Virus record (IMG/VR): IMGVR_UViG_3300032227_000993
Direction: 5' to 3' (one strand)
From: a virus
Lineage: Duplodnaviria > Caudoviricetes
DNA: 64,000 nucleotides
Part shown: one piece after another, positions 19,778-30,044 of the stretch
How positions within the stretch are numbered: position 1 is the stretch's first letter
Layout: the number at the start of each line of letters is the position of its first letter
The notes under the pieces: generated by a model
Database searches by the model: none
Seen by the model: only the letters and a program-made list of their open reading frames with translations
What the model was told of the DNA's origin: nothing
Program-made: the position numbers and the translations under genes

Positions 19778-20296
19778 TTAACGCAAAAATTCCGCTACAT
19801 CTAATTTATAGAACATAGAGTCAATTTTATGCACTTTTAACTTGTACAGTATGTAACTGGCCACAGAACTGCCACGTCCTACACCCCAAATAACCCGATT
19901 CTCAGTCATCACATCCACCAAGTATTTTAGATAGCGCAATAAATCAAACAAATTGCGTTCTTGGTACAGTAGTAATTCGGCACCTACTCTTTGTAGTTCT
20001 TGTTCAGAATCGCATAGGCCCAACACATAGGCCGCAATATCTAAATCTTTGTACTCCTGGGGCATATTCCACTGGGTCTGTTGTGCTGAATCCCAATCAA
20101 CCACACTCACAGGTTCGTCAGTGAATGTATGCGGAATCCAATTGGGGAATTCATCAACCAATTTGGAGATATTTTCTATGTTGACAGTATTGTCAACAAA
20201 CATACGATTTAATTCCACAGGTCGTCGCCCAGACATGAGTAAATCTACTATGTCTGATTCGTTGTAAATCTGTTCGCCAAACTTATTCTGTATCAT
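19778..20296 (-). CDS. dnaE: DNA polymerase III alpha (DnaE) fragment
   Basis: RVGAELLLYQERNLFDLLRYLKYLVD...WGVGRGSSVASYILYKLKVHKID matches the DnaE GRGS region; ends before the PDxDxD catalytic motif. Confidence 0.8.
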   Translation of the reverse strand: MIQNKFGEQIYNESDIVDLLMSGRRPVELNRMFVDNTVNIENISKLVDEFPNWIPHTFTDEPVSVVDWDSAQQTQWNMPQEYKDLDIAAYVLGLCDSEQELQRVGAELLLYQERNLFDLLRYLKYLVDVMTENRVIWGVGRGSSVASYILYKLKVHKIDSMFYKLDVAEFLR

Positions 20297-20903
20297 GTGA
20301 TTTTCTAAAATTAGCAAATACAATGGTATTACCTGATTCATCAAGTTCTTCTGTGTTATCTTCCATGTCGGGCCAGGCCAAATCTAATTCACGCCACACA
20401 CTACTTTTGTGTATGCTCAACACCTTGTCTGTGTCTATTAAATCACTGTCGCAATGTACCAAATCACAAGTTTCCCACCAGGCTGACGGATTGATATCAC
20501 TGATGTTTTCATTTTCACCATGTAGATAAACAATTCCATCGCCAATGGTAGAGCTCAATTCAACTTCGCCAATTAATAGCCGGCCTTCAACGATGGCTGT
20601 TAACTTGGAGTATAGCATGATTCCCACAAGTTGATCAACCGGTTCGGTTGGCATGGTAGTGATATTTAAGCCAGCCATCACATACAGTTGGCATTGTTCA
20701 ATTTCTTCATCACAGATAAAAATGGTATTTTCTAATTCGCCGTAGATAAAATGCTTGATACGGTTAAGTGCTACATTATGCTCAGCAGGGTCTTCTGTGG
20801 CTGTCATCATGTAAATCCTAACAGAATACTCGTTTAAGTGTAGACTGCCGTCGTAGTGTACTCCGGCCAAAAACTTTGTTGCGTATTGTATTCTTACATT
20901 CAT
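20283..20903 (-). CDS. Hypothetical protein, possible QueD-like T-fold
   Basis: Spacing of EYSVRI...IKHFI...MPTEPVDQL...LYSKL...EVELSS parallels QueD, but metal ligands are absent. Confidence 0.35.
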   Translation of the reverse strand: MNVRIQYATKFLAGVHYDGSLHLNEYSVRIYMMTATEDPAEHNVALNRIKHFIYGELENTIFICDEEIEQCQLYVMAGLNITTMPTEPVDQLVGIMLYSKLTAIVEGRLLIGEVELSSTIGDGIVYLHGENENISDINPSAWWETCDLVHCDSDLIDTDKVLSIHKSSVWRELDLAWPDMEDNTEELDESGNTIVFANFRKSHDTE

Positions 20904-21124
20904 GAGATATCAATCATTCCGTCAAAGTCTGTACCGGTTTGGGTTTTGCGTAGTTTTTCTTGGTATTTGTTTTGATAAGTTTCAATGGCCATACGCAATT
21001 GATTGCACAGATCGTGATTGCCCAAACGGTATGCTATTGATAGTTTTTTATTGAGTTCGGTTACCTTACCGCCAAGTTCTTCGGTAGTAAGGTCATCGAT
21101 GCTGGAGATTAACGGGTGTTCCAT
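20900..21124 (-). CDS. Hypothetical helical protein
   Basis: ORF downstream of a sigma70 promoter. Confidence 0.6.
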   Translation of the reverse strand: MEHPLISSIDDLTTEELGGKVTELNKKLSIAYRLGNHDLCNQLRMAIETYQNKYQEKLRKTQTGTDFDGMIDIS

Positions 21125-21130
21125 AGTCTA

Positions 21131-21159
21131 AGTATACTACAAGTAGACTGGAATGTCAA
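21131..21159 (-). promoter_or_regulatory. Sigma70-type promoter
   Basis: TTGACA-N17-TATACT; ATG 6 nt downstream. Confidence 0.8.
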
Positions 21160-21168
21160 CTACTTTGG

Positions 21169-22059
21169 TTAGGCAAATACTGCGCCGTTGTTGCCCACGC
21201 AATACCATTCGTTATTGACATATCTTAGTGTGACGCCTTCGCCGGGGTTATTAAATGTAATAGTACCAGAAGCGCCGTCGTTCCAACCTGCGTTGGCCAC
21301 AGTAACAACCATAGTACTAGTAGCACCACCGCCCATAAGTAGTTCTTTGACCTGTCCATACACACCATCGGCCAAGGTAGCTGTCCATGGTGTTGTTGGA
21401 ACAAATCTTGTGCCAGTCACAGCCAAACTGACAGCGGAACCAGTGGTGGCAAGCAATTCACCTGATGCGTTGTATGGCTGGAGCAACTGATTGGTTTCGT
21501 TGACCGTAATAGTGGTACCATTGTCAGTGCTGGTAAATGTAAATGTGTAAACTCCGGTGGCAGCAAAGGTGATAGTATTGGTGATTGCGTTCAAACCTTG
21601 GATACCAATGTTGTTTACGCTGACCGCTGCCGGCATGGTTACTGTATGAGCTACAGAATTTACTGTAATTTCTACAGATACAAAACCAAACTGTCCGGCC
21701 ACTGGCCAATTGCTAAATGCCAGGCTAATTGGAGCCGATGTGCCAACTGTGTAGATGTGACCAGCTGCATAATCAATAGGAACAGAGCCAGACAAATTAC
21801 CCAATGCCACACGAGTGGCCGCAAAATTAGCAATTAACGCATTGGTCAATGCTGAATTTAACATATCGTTGTTTAAAGTTGTACCTGTCAAGGCAGCCTT
21901 CAATACCACTTTGTTTTGTAGATCTGTAATTTCGTTAGCAGCAAATTGGAAATTTGTACTGGTATTGGTAAAATTATCACGGAAGCCCTGACTGTTGTTG
22001 TCTTGGCCTGCTACGGGATAAGCACCGTTTATATTATTTGGGTTGATGTTACTGGTCAT
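21169..22059 (-). CDS. Virion structural (tail/baseplate-associated) protein
   Basis: N-terminal YPVAGQDNNSQGFRDNF motif; beta-rich composition; structural context. Confidence 0.6.
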   Translation of the reverse strand: MTSNINPNNINGAYPVAGQDNNSQGFRDNFTNTSTNFQFAANEITDLQNKVVLKAALTGTTLNNDMLNSALTNALIANFAATRVALGNLSGSVPIDYAAGHIYTVGTSAPISLAFSNWPVAGQFGFVSVEITVNSVAHTVTMPAAVSVNNIGIQGLNAITNTITFAATGVYTFTFTSTDNGTTITVNETNQLLQPYNASGELLATTGSAVSLAVTGTRFVPTTPWTATLADGVYGQVKELLMGGGATSTMVVTVANAGWNDGASGTITFNNPGEGVTLRYVNNEWYCVGNNGAVFA

Positions 22060-22089
22060 TTTCTATCCTTGAATATTGCTATTATTTAG

Positions 22090-24894
22090 CTAATTTGTAG
22101 GCAACAATGTTAAAATATCTTTTCTTGGATACAGCAAATAACGATCAAATGCGTCGGTATTTGTGGTAATATCAGATGGGTCAACAAACTGCATGCTGTT
22201 TCCGTCAAATACAGTTGGTATTCCAGGAACCACAGTGATGTCCCAAAGGGCACCAACTCCAGTACCAAGCACATTGATGCCAGTGATGTCAGCATAGTCA
22301 TTGCCTGATGCAAACATATTTGCCGTACCATAACAGAATGCTGAAATAATAGCACCCGATCCAGACACAGTATTGACCACAAACATGACATCGTTCTCAG
22401 GACTTGTTCCGCCAACTGCGGTACCCAGCACTTTGATAATATTGCCCACAGCATAGCCTGTGCCGCCAGCACTATAGTTTTGTGTGGTTGTTCGATAATG
22501 ATATTGTCGATCAAATGTGGTCAGCAAGGGTGGGTGTGGAATCCATCGTGGTGTACTGGATACTGTTCCGCCAGAAACATACACGCCAGTACGATTACTA
22601 TTAAATGTAACCTGAGTTGATGTGCAAGAAGTAACATAGAATGTGCCGTTGAATATGGTTGGAATCACACCAGCAATCTTGATCATGTCGCCTGGGTTAA
22701 ACGGTGCGGCCAACGCAGAAAACGACACTACTGTTTCTGTACCGTTGGCAACAATATTGGTAATATTCAATGAGATTGTGTCCGGGTCCCAGTTGACAGT
22801 CATGGAACGATCTAACTCATATCTATCAGCCTTGAAGTCAACCAAGTTTAATCGGTCTGTGCCAAAATTTTGTTGAATGTTGTAGGCAATTTGTCCGGCA
22901 GCTCCAGGGTTAACATAAGCAATCACCCAGGCAGGAGTAAATCCTAATACTCGACCATCTGCTTGTTTACTTGTCATCCATTGTGGAAGTATGTTACTTA
23001 CCTGTCCCACAGAGTCAATAACTTGTACTCGCATATTGTCAAGTGCGTTGGGGAACACCGTATCAACTTCTTGCAGAGTGTTGGCATCCACTGGATAAGG
23101 TAATACTACTTCCTTGCCCACTGGTTGGCCGTCATTGTTGACCAAGTTATCAATGACTTCACTGTACACAACTTCATAAATTACATTGCCCAGGGCATCC
23201 AATGCCTGAGCTGTTTTAATGTTACCTAATACTAAATTTTTCCAGTAATGATTGATTACCAAGGCCTCTACATAAGCATCTATAGTGGCCGCAGTTAAAC
23301 CATAGGCATGGTTGTAAACAACATTTTTAGCAACGCCAAAATTTGGATCGTCATTGCGATAGATCAGTGCTGGTGGAAATATTGTTGTATTCAGCAACAA
23401 ACTGTTGACCAGTGCGCGATCATCATACGGAGGCATACATTCAATGTACAGATTGTTGTAGGGTTCTCCGTACACTTGATTCACACGAATTGTAAATGTT
23501 TTGTTGACACTGATTAGGCCATTGGCACTAAAAGCGTTGACAGTAAATGTGTAGCTTAGATCAAATGTTGTTGTGTTATTATCAAAAATAGTTGTGTTGT
23601 TATCCAAGCTAAAATTATCAAAAGACACTCGACCCACAATGTTGCCTGATGGCAGTAGGGTCAATCCCTGAGGAAGCCTTGAATTACTGCCCGATTTAAT
23701 TTGATATTGCAAAGCCAAGTTGGCAGTATTGGTAGCTGCCACATAAAATTCACTGGCAGAGCCGTTGTCAATAGATCCAAGATAAGACGGCGTCAACCAA
23801 GTGATGTTTGTGCTAATTGGCCCAACTGTTGTTAAACTGTACAGGTATGGACTGCTGATGATAGAAGGATTGTAATAATCGTACACTCGCACCGAGAAAT
23901 CGTATGTGAGTTCGGTCAGGCCCAGGTTTGGAATGGTTCCAAACAGCCAACCAGTTTCAGCGTTTAATTCAAGTCCAGGTGGCAAGTCAACACCCACATA
24001 GCCCAAGGTTGTAGTATTGATGGTAGAGCCAACAAATTGATAAGCAAAGTAATTGTCATTACGAACTGTGCCAATACTGCCTTGTGGATTTAATAATACT
24101 GGAGCTTCAGCAGAACTGATACTGGCAGTAAGGAATGTATTATCCGCAGTAATTTCAGTGGTAGATGCGTTGAAGACCGAGGTAGTCCATAAAAACATAC
24201 TAAAAGTTCTCAGCTGACTTGTACGGCCATCATTGAGTCTCAGGATAAATTCATAGTTGTAACTGGGACTATTGGTGTTGAAGTCAAATCCATATTGGTC
24301 AAATCCTTGGCCATTTCTACTAAAGCCAGCCAGTACAGAAATTACAGGGTTAAGTTCAATAAATCCAGAAATTAATCCGGCGTCACTAATGGTCAGCCCT
24401 GGGGGTAACTGTCCAGCAATCAAGGTAACAGGAGTGACTCCGGGAAGGGCATCAACCTGATACGCCAGTTGAAATCCGGGACTCAGTAATTCTCCAACAA
24501 AAAATTCTCCAAGTTCCCCAGGTGGAGTAATCCACTCAGGAGCAGCTTGTCCTGCCACAGTGATTGTAAATGTGCGATCAACCAGGCGATTAATCACAGT
24601 AACACCGCCTACTATTTTTGTAGTGTAGGCACGAATAGCAAATCTGCTGGTGATATCTACACCTTGGATGCTGACATCCTGCCCAGCAATAACAGTAGTG
24701 GATGGTATGCCAGTCAGTACGCCTGTGTTAGAATCGCAAACAATACCAGTAGGCAAACTGCCAGCGATGACTTGGTAATACACAGGATCGCCGCCGGGCT
24801 CATCAACAATAAGCGGAACTTGATAAAAAATTCCCTCAGGTACTGTGCCTAAGCTACCAGCAGGAGTAACCCAAATAGGCTGGACTGATGACAT
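22090..24894 (-). CDS. Baseplate/tail protein with repeated putative Ig (He_PIG-like) domains
   Basis: Repeated WxTPxGxLG and GxLPxGLTxxxxGxISG units. Confidence 0.7.
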   Translation of the reverse strand: MSSVQPIWVTPAGSLGTVPEGIFYQVPLIVDEPGGDPVYYQVIAGSLPTGIVCDSNTGVLTGIPSTTVIAGQDVSIQGVDITSRFAIRAYTTKIVGGVTVINRLVDRTFTITVAGQAAPEWITPPGELGEFFVGELLSPGFQLAYQVDALPGVTPVTLIAGQLPPGLTISDAGLISGFIELNPVISVLAGFSRNGQGFDQYGFDFNTNSPSYNYEFILRLNDGRTSQLRTFSMFLWTTSVFNASTTEITADNTFLTASISSAEAPVLLNPQGSIGTVRNDNYFAYQFVGSTINTTTLGYVGVDLPPGLELNAETGWLFGTIPNLGLTELTYDFSVRVYDYYNPSIISSPYLYSLTTVGPISTNITWLTPSYLGSIDNGSASEFYVAATNTANLALQYQIKSGSNSRLPQGLTLLPSGNIVGRVSFDNFSLDNNTTIFDNNTTTFDLSYTFTVNAFSANGLISVNKTFTIRVNQVYGEPYNNLYIECMPPYDDRALVNSLLLNTTIFPPALIYRNDDPNFGVAKNVVYNHAYGLTAATIDAYVEALVINHYWKNLVLGNIKTAQALDALGNVIYEVVYSEVIDNLVNNDGQPVGKEVVLPYPVDANTLQEVDTVFPNALDNMRVQVIDSVGQVSNILPQWMTSKQADGRVLGFTPAWVIAYVNPGAAGQIAYNIQQNFGTDRLNLVDFKADRYELDRSMTVNWDPDTISLNITNIVANGTETVVSFSALAAPFNPGDMIKIAGVIPTIFNGTFYVTSCTSTQVTFNSNRTGVYVSGGTVSSTPRWIPHPPLLTTFDRQYHYRTTTQNYSAGGTGYAVGNIIKVLGTAVGGTSPENDVMFVVNTVSGSGAIISAFCYGTANMFASGNDYADITGINVLGTGVGALWDITVVPGIPTVFDGNSMQFVDPSDITTNTDAFDRYLLYPRKDILTLLPTN

Positions 24895-24897
24895 AGA

Positions 24898-26970
24898 TTA
24901 AAGTCTTCCGACAACTATTTCAATAACACCTGTAGTGCCTGTAAACGACTCTAAGGCTTTACCAATAACTGAACCAAACACAGGGTTACGTTCAGCACGG
25001 GCGGTTCCATCGCCGTTGCTTACCATCATGGCTCCTTTGGTAACCGATCCAGTTACGCTGGTTGGAACACGTCCTGTTAAGGCCACTATTACCATGTTAG
25101 GATCTACCGCAGCAGTATTCATGATGTAGGCAGGGTTGGTACTTACCACACCAGCAACGGTTGGATCAAGATCTACTGTGCTTTGTGTAACCTCTGCTGT
25201 GCCGCCAAAACTCAACACAGTTCCTGGAGCATAGGGTGTATCAGCAATGTACACTTCGGCCAAGTCGGCATACACAGCAGACGTTGCTTGAGCAAACACA
25301 GTATTGAAGTAGTTGGTTGAGCTACCAATGTTACCTGTTAGGTTGGCTCCAGCATTTACAATGTTATTAACTGTGATAGTACCATTTCCAACTGATAAAT
25401 TACCAGCGGTAATATTGCCAGTGGCTGTGACAAATCCACCGGTTATCACGTTAGCGGCTGTTACGTTGCCACTTGAACTGATAGTGCCTGAGTTCAACGA
25501 TGTTAACGTGCCAACAGCGGTAATGGCTGTTTGACTTGCTGTGGCAATAGTGCCAACTAAACTGGCACCAGTTACATTGCCTGTTACAGATGAGCTGGAT
25601 CCAGTGATAATTCCACCCACTACACTGGCAGCCGCAACAGATCCGGTGGCACTAACCAGGCCAGCGGTAAGGATATTACCACCCGTGACGTTGCCCGTGG
25701 CACTGATCAATCCGCCAGTTAATACATTACCAGCAGTTACATTGGCAGTTGTGGTGACTGGTCCTGCCATGGATACCAAGTTACCTGTGTAGTTTGGAAG
25801 GTAAGCGGCCACTTGAGCATTGCCATAGCCGCCGGCAACAGTCACAGCATTGGTTACAAACGCTGTAGTGGCCAATTGAGTTGAGTTGGTTCCGTTGGCA
25901 GCCGTTACCGCTGATATATTGCCAGTTACAGTTAGGTTGCCAATGTTACCCGAAAAGGTTGGCAAGTAATTGGCCACATTTGAGTTGCCATAGTTAGATC
26001 CACTAAAAGGATTGCCGTTGGCATAAAAATAATTGTCAGTGTAGATACCACCTGTGGTGAATACAAAATTGCCAGTGACTAAATTACCACCTGTGACGTT
26101 GCCCGTGGCACTCAAAGATGCCAGCGTACCCACCGAAGTAATGTTGGGTTGAGCATTTGTTGTAACTGTGGCGGCTGTGCCAGCGCCGACAGCATAAGTG
26201 GCATTGGCCACGGTTCCAGAAATATTAGCAGCAGTAATTGATGTAAGTCTTGCGCCTGATCCGGCAAAATTATTGGCATTGACAATGTTGGCATTGACAT
26301 TGCCATTAGATGTTATTAAATTGGCAGTGACATTTGATGCTGTGATTGGACCGGTCAACAACGGGTCATAAACAGCGTTGGCCCAGTCAATGGTAGTGGT
26401 AGGTTCTGCGACCACATTGCTAAACAGATTCCACGTGCCTGTGAGGTAGTTGCGTACCAATCCTGTGTGTTGATAAACTCCTGGATTGAAACTGGCGACC
26501 AATCCCAAATCAACTGTGTTGGTGAAGTTGTTGGCGCCAATGTAAATTAATGGATCTGATACTACCAAACTTGTGATGTCATTGTAGGTGATGTTGCCAG
26601 AGATAATGGCATTACCAGTGACATTAAGATTACCGCCAATATTGGCATTACCAGTAGTGGTCAAAGTATTAGAACTTAACAATCCAGTGGCTAATAAATT
26701 ACTGCCGGATACGTTTCCGTTGCTGGTAAGTCTAGTGACTACAACACCAGTGGTTGTAAATACCGCAATATTGGCCACGTTTCCAACTGTGATGTTGGCG
26801 TTGCCGCTGGTTATTGGAATAGAAAAGTTAGTGGTTCCGCTGATAATAGCGTTGCCTGGGGTGCTAAAAAGCTGAGAAAAGTTATTGTTAACCTTTTCAA
26901 ATGCGGTCCGTATTGGATCGCCATCTCCGTCGTTTGGTGCCGCACCTACATCAATAATATATTGGGTCAT
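24898..26970 (-). CDS. Tail fibre protein with gp9/gp10-like N-terminus and a C-terminal chaperone/peptidase-like module
   Basis: IDVGAAPNDGDGDPIRTAFEKVNNNF; C-terminal YADLAEVY...VAGVVSTNPAYIMN...VALTGRVP...VIGKALE. Confidence 0.8.
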   Translation of the reverse strand: MTQYIIDVGAAPNDGDGDPIRTAFEKVNNNFSQLFSTPGNAIISGTTNFSIPITSGNANITVGNVANIAVFTTTGVVVTRLTSNGNVSGSNLLATGLLSSNTLTTTGNANIGGNLNVTGNAIISGNITYNDITSLVVSDPLIYIGANNFTNTVDLGLVASFNPGVYQHTGLVRNYLTGTWNLFSNVVAEPTTTIDWANAVYDPLLTGPITASNVTANLITSNGNVNANIVNANNFAGSGARLTSITAANISGTVANATYAVGAGTAATVTTNAQPNITSVGTLASLSATGNVTGGNLVTGNFVFTTGGIYTDNYFYANGNPFSGSNYGNSNVANYLPTFSGNIGNLTVTGNISAVTAANGTNSTQLATTAFVTNAVTVAGGYGNAQVAAYLPNYTGNLVSMAGPVTTTANVTAGNVLTGGLISATGNVTGGNILTAGLVSATGSVAAASVVGGIITGSSSSVTGNVTGASLVGTIATASQTAITAVGTLTSLNSGTISSSGNVTAANVITGGFVTATGNITAGNLSVGNGTITVNNIVNAGANLTGNIGSSTNYFNTVFAQATSAVYADLAEVYIADTPYAPGTVLSFGGTAEVTQSTVDLDPTVAGVVSTNPAYIMNTAAVDPNMVIVALTGRVPTSVTGSVTKGAMMVSNGDGTARAERNPVFGSVIGKALESFTGTTGVIEIVVGRL

Positions 26971-27036
26971 AGCTATAGAATCCTCGTATAGCTATTTAGC
27001 CAAGGATTAACTACAGCGGGTTTGGGTTATTTTGGC

Positions 27037-27363
27037 TTAGAAAGGGCTAAAACTACTGCCGCAACCGCAGGTAGTTGTGGCCTGCATGCCTGTTATTGTA
27101 AAGGAAGATCCATATGTGTCCTCTTTGTAGTCTACGGTAGCACCTTGTAAATAGCCGCCACTCATAGAATCCACAAGAACATGGATTCCGTCTTGTTCAA
27201 AGTCCCAATCATCTTCGGCTTGTTCTTCGTCTAGAGTAAATCCAGTCTGCATGCCTGAACAACCACCACCTTGAATAAACACCCGTAATTTAAGTTTAGG
27301 GTTCTTTTCTTCTGCTAAAATGTCTTTAATCTTGGTTGCTGCTGATTGTGTTATAGTAATCAT
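27037..27363 (-). CDS. erpA: A-type Fe-S carrier ErpA/IscA (HesB family)
   Basis: [12 protein letters not shown] and TTCGCGSSF; all three Cys present. Confidence 0.92.
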   Translation of the reverse strand: MITITQSAATKIKDILAEEKNPKLKLRVFIQGGGCSGMQTGFTLDEEQAEDDWDFEQDGIHVLVDSMSGGYLQGATVDYKEDTYGSSFTITGMQATTTCGCGSSFSPF

Positions 27364-27364
27364 A

Positions 27365-27913
27365 TTAGATCCGTTCGGAACATACGTCCCAGTTGATAAT
27401 CTTCCAGATGTTATCTAGGTATTTTTCTTTGTCCCACTGGTATTCAAGGCTCCATGCATGCTCCCACCAGTCAACCAGTACACAGATATCTGTCCTAACC
27501 TGATGATTCGGGATGGTTTTAATCGTGCCCGATGTGCTAAGATATACCCAACCTGATCCCTGGATGGCCATGGCCACTTTTTTAAATTCAGCTTTGAAGT
27601 CTTCATATGTTTTAAAGTTTGATTCGATAAGTTCCAACACAGCGCCTCGTGGCTTGTTAGCACCTTTGGGTGCTTGTAGCTGTGGGAAAAACTTGTTGTG
27701 TAGGAAACTACCAGCACGATTAAAAGTGGCATCACCTTCGCCGGCATTGTAGCGTTTGGCGTAGCCTTTGGCTAGATGCTCGTAGTGATACTCGATTGTG
27801 GCAGCACTCATCACAGGCTCCAAGTCCTTGTGAGTGTAGGGCAATGGTGTAGTTTCCAGTTTGGCTGGAACTGTGCTGGCTTCTACTATGTTTATTGTTT
27901 CGCGGATATCCAT
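27365..27913 (-). CDS. sod: Fe/Mn superoxide dismutase (compact)
   Basis: LPY..DLEP, HYEH, LHN, QGSGW, DWWEHAW; all four metal ligands appear present. Confidence 0.9.
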   Translation of the reverse strand: MDIRETINIVEASTVPAKLETTPLPYTHKDLEPVMSAATIEYHYEHLAKGYAKRYNAGEGDATFNRAGSFLHNKFFPQLQAPKGANKPRGAVLELIESNFKTYEDFKAEFKKVAMAIQGSGWVYLSTSGTIKTIPNHQVRTDICVLVDWWEHAWSLEYQWDKEKYLDNIWKIINWDVCSERI

Positions 27914-27921
27914 ACTATTAC

Positions 27922-28140
27922 TTATCTACGGCGACTGATTCGGCCACGAGTTAAATCGTAAGGGCTAATTTCTACTTCTACAACGTCACCTTCTAATACC
28001 TTGATGTTATTTTGACGCATTCTACCAGACAAAGTAGCAAGAATTGGGGCTTCAAAATTCTCCAGCTTGACCCGATAATTGGTGTTGCGTAATACCTCAG
28101 TGATTACTCCGTCCAGTTTAATAATATTGTCTTTACTCAT
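27922..28140 (-). CDS. infA: Translation initiation factor IF-1
   Basis: 72 aa; YRVKLEN...LSGRMRQNNIKVLEGDVVEVEISPYDLTRGRI. Confidence 0.93.
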   Translation of the reverse strand: MSKDNIIKLDGVITEVLRNTNYRVKLENFEAPILATLSGRMRQNNIKVLEGDVVEVEISPYDLTRGRISRRR

Positions 28141-28155
28141 TAATATTACTTATCA

Positions 28156-28551
28156 TTAACGGCGCATACTACTAATATCTTTGGCTTCATCATCGCTAAA
28201 CACCGGTACAGCATTGCTTTTGTGCATGGTACCTATACCTTTAATACGGGTGCCTGTGTAGGTATTATCTTTGACTGCTACACACGGAACCCAACCAGTA
28301 TCGCGACTGGCAATATGCGGAGTTTCACGTCCAGGAGGAGTTTTGGGCATGAAGTCCGTCATAGTTTTGCGTGGAGCATTGTGCGGGCCTGTGCTGAACT
28401 TAGGAGCCATCTTGTCAAACTCAACCAGCTTGCGATCCCATTCAGCTTGTCGTTTTTGTGCTAACTTCTTGGCCTCACTGCTGGCCCACTTACGCTTGCC
28501 TTTTTGTTTGCCTGTGGTACTAAGCCACGGACCTTCAAGATGCATAGTCAT
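28156..28551 (-). CDS. Conserved T4-like phage hypothetical protein
   Basis: YTGTRIKGIGTMHKSNAVPVF motif; RBS GAGGAG before ATG 28551. Confidence 0.65.
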   Translation of the reverse strand: MTMHLEGPWLSTTGKQKGKRKWASSEAKKLAQKRQAEWDRKLVEFDKMAPKFSTGPHNAPRKTMTDFMPKTPPGRETPHIASRDTGWVPCVAVKDNTYTGTRIKGIGTMHKSNAVPVFSDDEAKDISSMRR

Positions 28552-28555
28552 AGTA

Positions 28556-29308
28556 TTACTCCTCAACCGTTGGACAGTTAGTCATGTTAATGGTGGTTAA
28601 ATGCTCGTTTGGTACACACAACATATTTTGGTAATCAACAATGTAATAAGAATAATTTTCAATGGGACTCAGTGCCTGCTTGATTTCTTTGGCGCCTGTG
28701 ATAAAGTATTCTACCCAGATGTAAGGGCGATACTTGGCAATAGATCCGAGTCCACCTGTCAGGGCTGGTATTTCAAAGCCCTCAACATCTAGCTTGATAA
28801 AATCCAACCTTGGTAACGCCATAGCATCGATACTGATAATGTCCACTACACGATCATTCATCCACCCATCTTCATCCACTGTAGTTTCATCCGATAACGA
28901 AACTGTACCAAAGTCTTGGGCTACACTATAATCTACCGCAGGTAATTGAGCTACACCTGGTTCTTTGCCAAGTCCATAATTATGTAAGAATACATTGTCT
29001 AGTCCATTAAGGGCTAGGCTGCCACTCAAGGCGTTGAACAATTGACGCTGAGGTTCAAAGCCTATGACTCTTCCACCTCGCGGTTTAATGCGCTGAGCCA
29101 CAGGCACAGTAAAGAATCCAATATTGGTACCACCATCCACCACAACACAATCATTGGGTAAGGTAGCTATGATGGCAAAGATATTGGCCAGTTCATCTTC
29201 GATGTGAGTGCGCCCGGTCTTGACCAGGGCCTCAGCTTGAAATGCGCAGGTACGGGCCACAATAAACTTGCCGTACACGCTGTCCAGTACTACAAAGTTA
29301 TCAATCAT
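28556..29308 (-). CDS. FkbM-family methyltransferase
   Basis: VVDGGTNIGFFT, VIGFEPQ, LDFIKLDVEGFE. Confidence 0.88.
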   Translation of the reverse strand: MIDNFVVLDSVYGKFIVARTCAFQAEALVKTGRTHIEDELANIFAIIATLPNDCVVVDGGTNIGFFTVPVAQRIKPRGGRVIGFEPQRQLFNALSGSLALNGLDNVFLHNYGLGKEPGVAQLPAVDYSVAQDFGTVSLSDETTVDEDGWMNDRVVDIISIDAMALPRLDFIKLDVEGFEIPALTGGLGSIAKYRPYIWVEYFITGAKEIKQALSPIENYSYYIVDYQNMLCVPNEHLTTINMTNCPTVEE

Positions 29309-29336
29309 CTAAGTCGCTATTGTTAATCATACTACT

Positions 29337-29366
29337 ATTTTAACAAATTACGAATTATTTGTCAAC
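29337..29366 (-). promoter_or_regulatory. Sigma70-type promoter
   Basis: TTGACA-N18-TAAAAT. Confidence 0.65.
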
Positions 29367-30038
29367 CTCTCCGTAGAACAAGTGTTGTCCTGTGCGCTTT
29401 ATGTATGTTTTGGACTTGGCCCAAATAGGACGGATTCCAGCAGCATGAAAGTACATGGCCTTGTTGTATTTGGCGTGATATTCCGGATACTCGCCGTCGG
29501 CTAAGCGTTGGGCAATTTCGCGACTTTCTATCCAGCGTTCGTCATCGGACTTGGGCTTTTTTGCGTAGCCTGAACATACCCAAGAGAATTGGCAAACTGG
29601 AACCTGTTCGGTAACTGTGTGTACAGTTGTTACTTTTTCTGGAGGACCAAAATACCCTACACGGATCATTTCAGTTTTCTTGACTTCCTTGGTTTTGGTA
29701 ACAACTGTGCGAGCCTTGACAACATCACAAACTGATTTACCAAAGCGTGGATCTTGGGCACGGTTGAGAGTAACAATGCCTACGGCGATTTTGCCTTCTG
29801 TGGGTTCTCCACGTGACTCATAAAATATGTTACGAGCCAAACACTCTACATCTCGGTCTGACAGGAATGGAGTGGCGATTAAGTTAACAGTACGCTCTAC
29901 AAAACTTGTAGCTTGTTCTACCACTTGACCGCTAAATGTTGTGTTGTCTGCCAACACAATCGTTTCTTGTTTTACTTCTGCTGCTTGAACTACGGTAACG
30001 CCTACTGCTAATAATAACGATAATAAGATATTCTTCAT
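29355..30038 (-). CDS. Cell wall hydrolase (SleB/Hydrolase_2 family) with signal peptide
   Basis: CLARNIFYESRGE, AVGIVTLNR, CQFSWVC, AMYFHA; RBS GAGGA before ATG 30038. Confidence 0.9.
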   Translation of the reverse strand: MKNILLSLLLAVGVTVVQAAEVKQETIVLADNTTFSGQVVEQATSFVERTVNLIATPFLSDRDVECLARNIFYESRGEPTEGKIAVGIVTLNRAQDPRFGKSVCDVVKARTVVTKTKEVKKTEMIRVGYFGPPEKVTTVHTVTEQVPVCQFSWVCSGYAKKPKSDDERWIESREIAQRLADGEYPEYHAKYNKAMYFHAAGIRPIWAKSKTYIKRTGQHLFYGEVDK

Positions 30039-30044
30039 TGTCGT

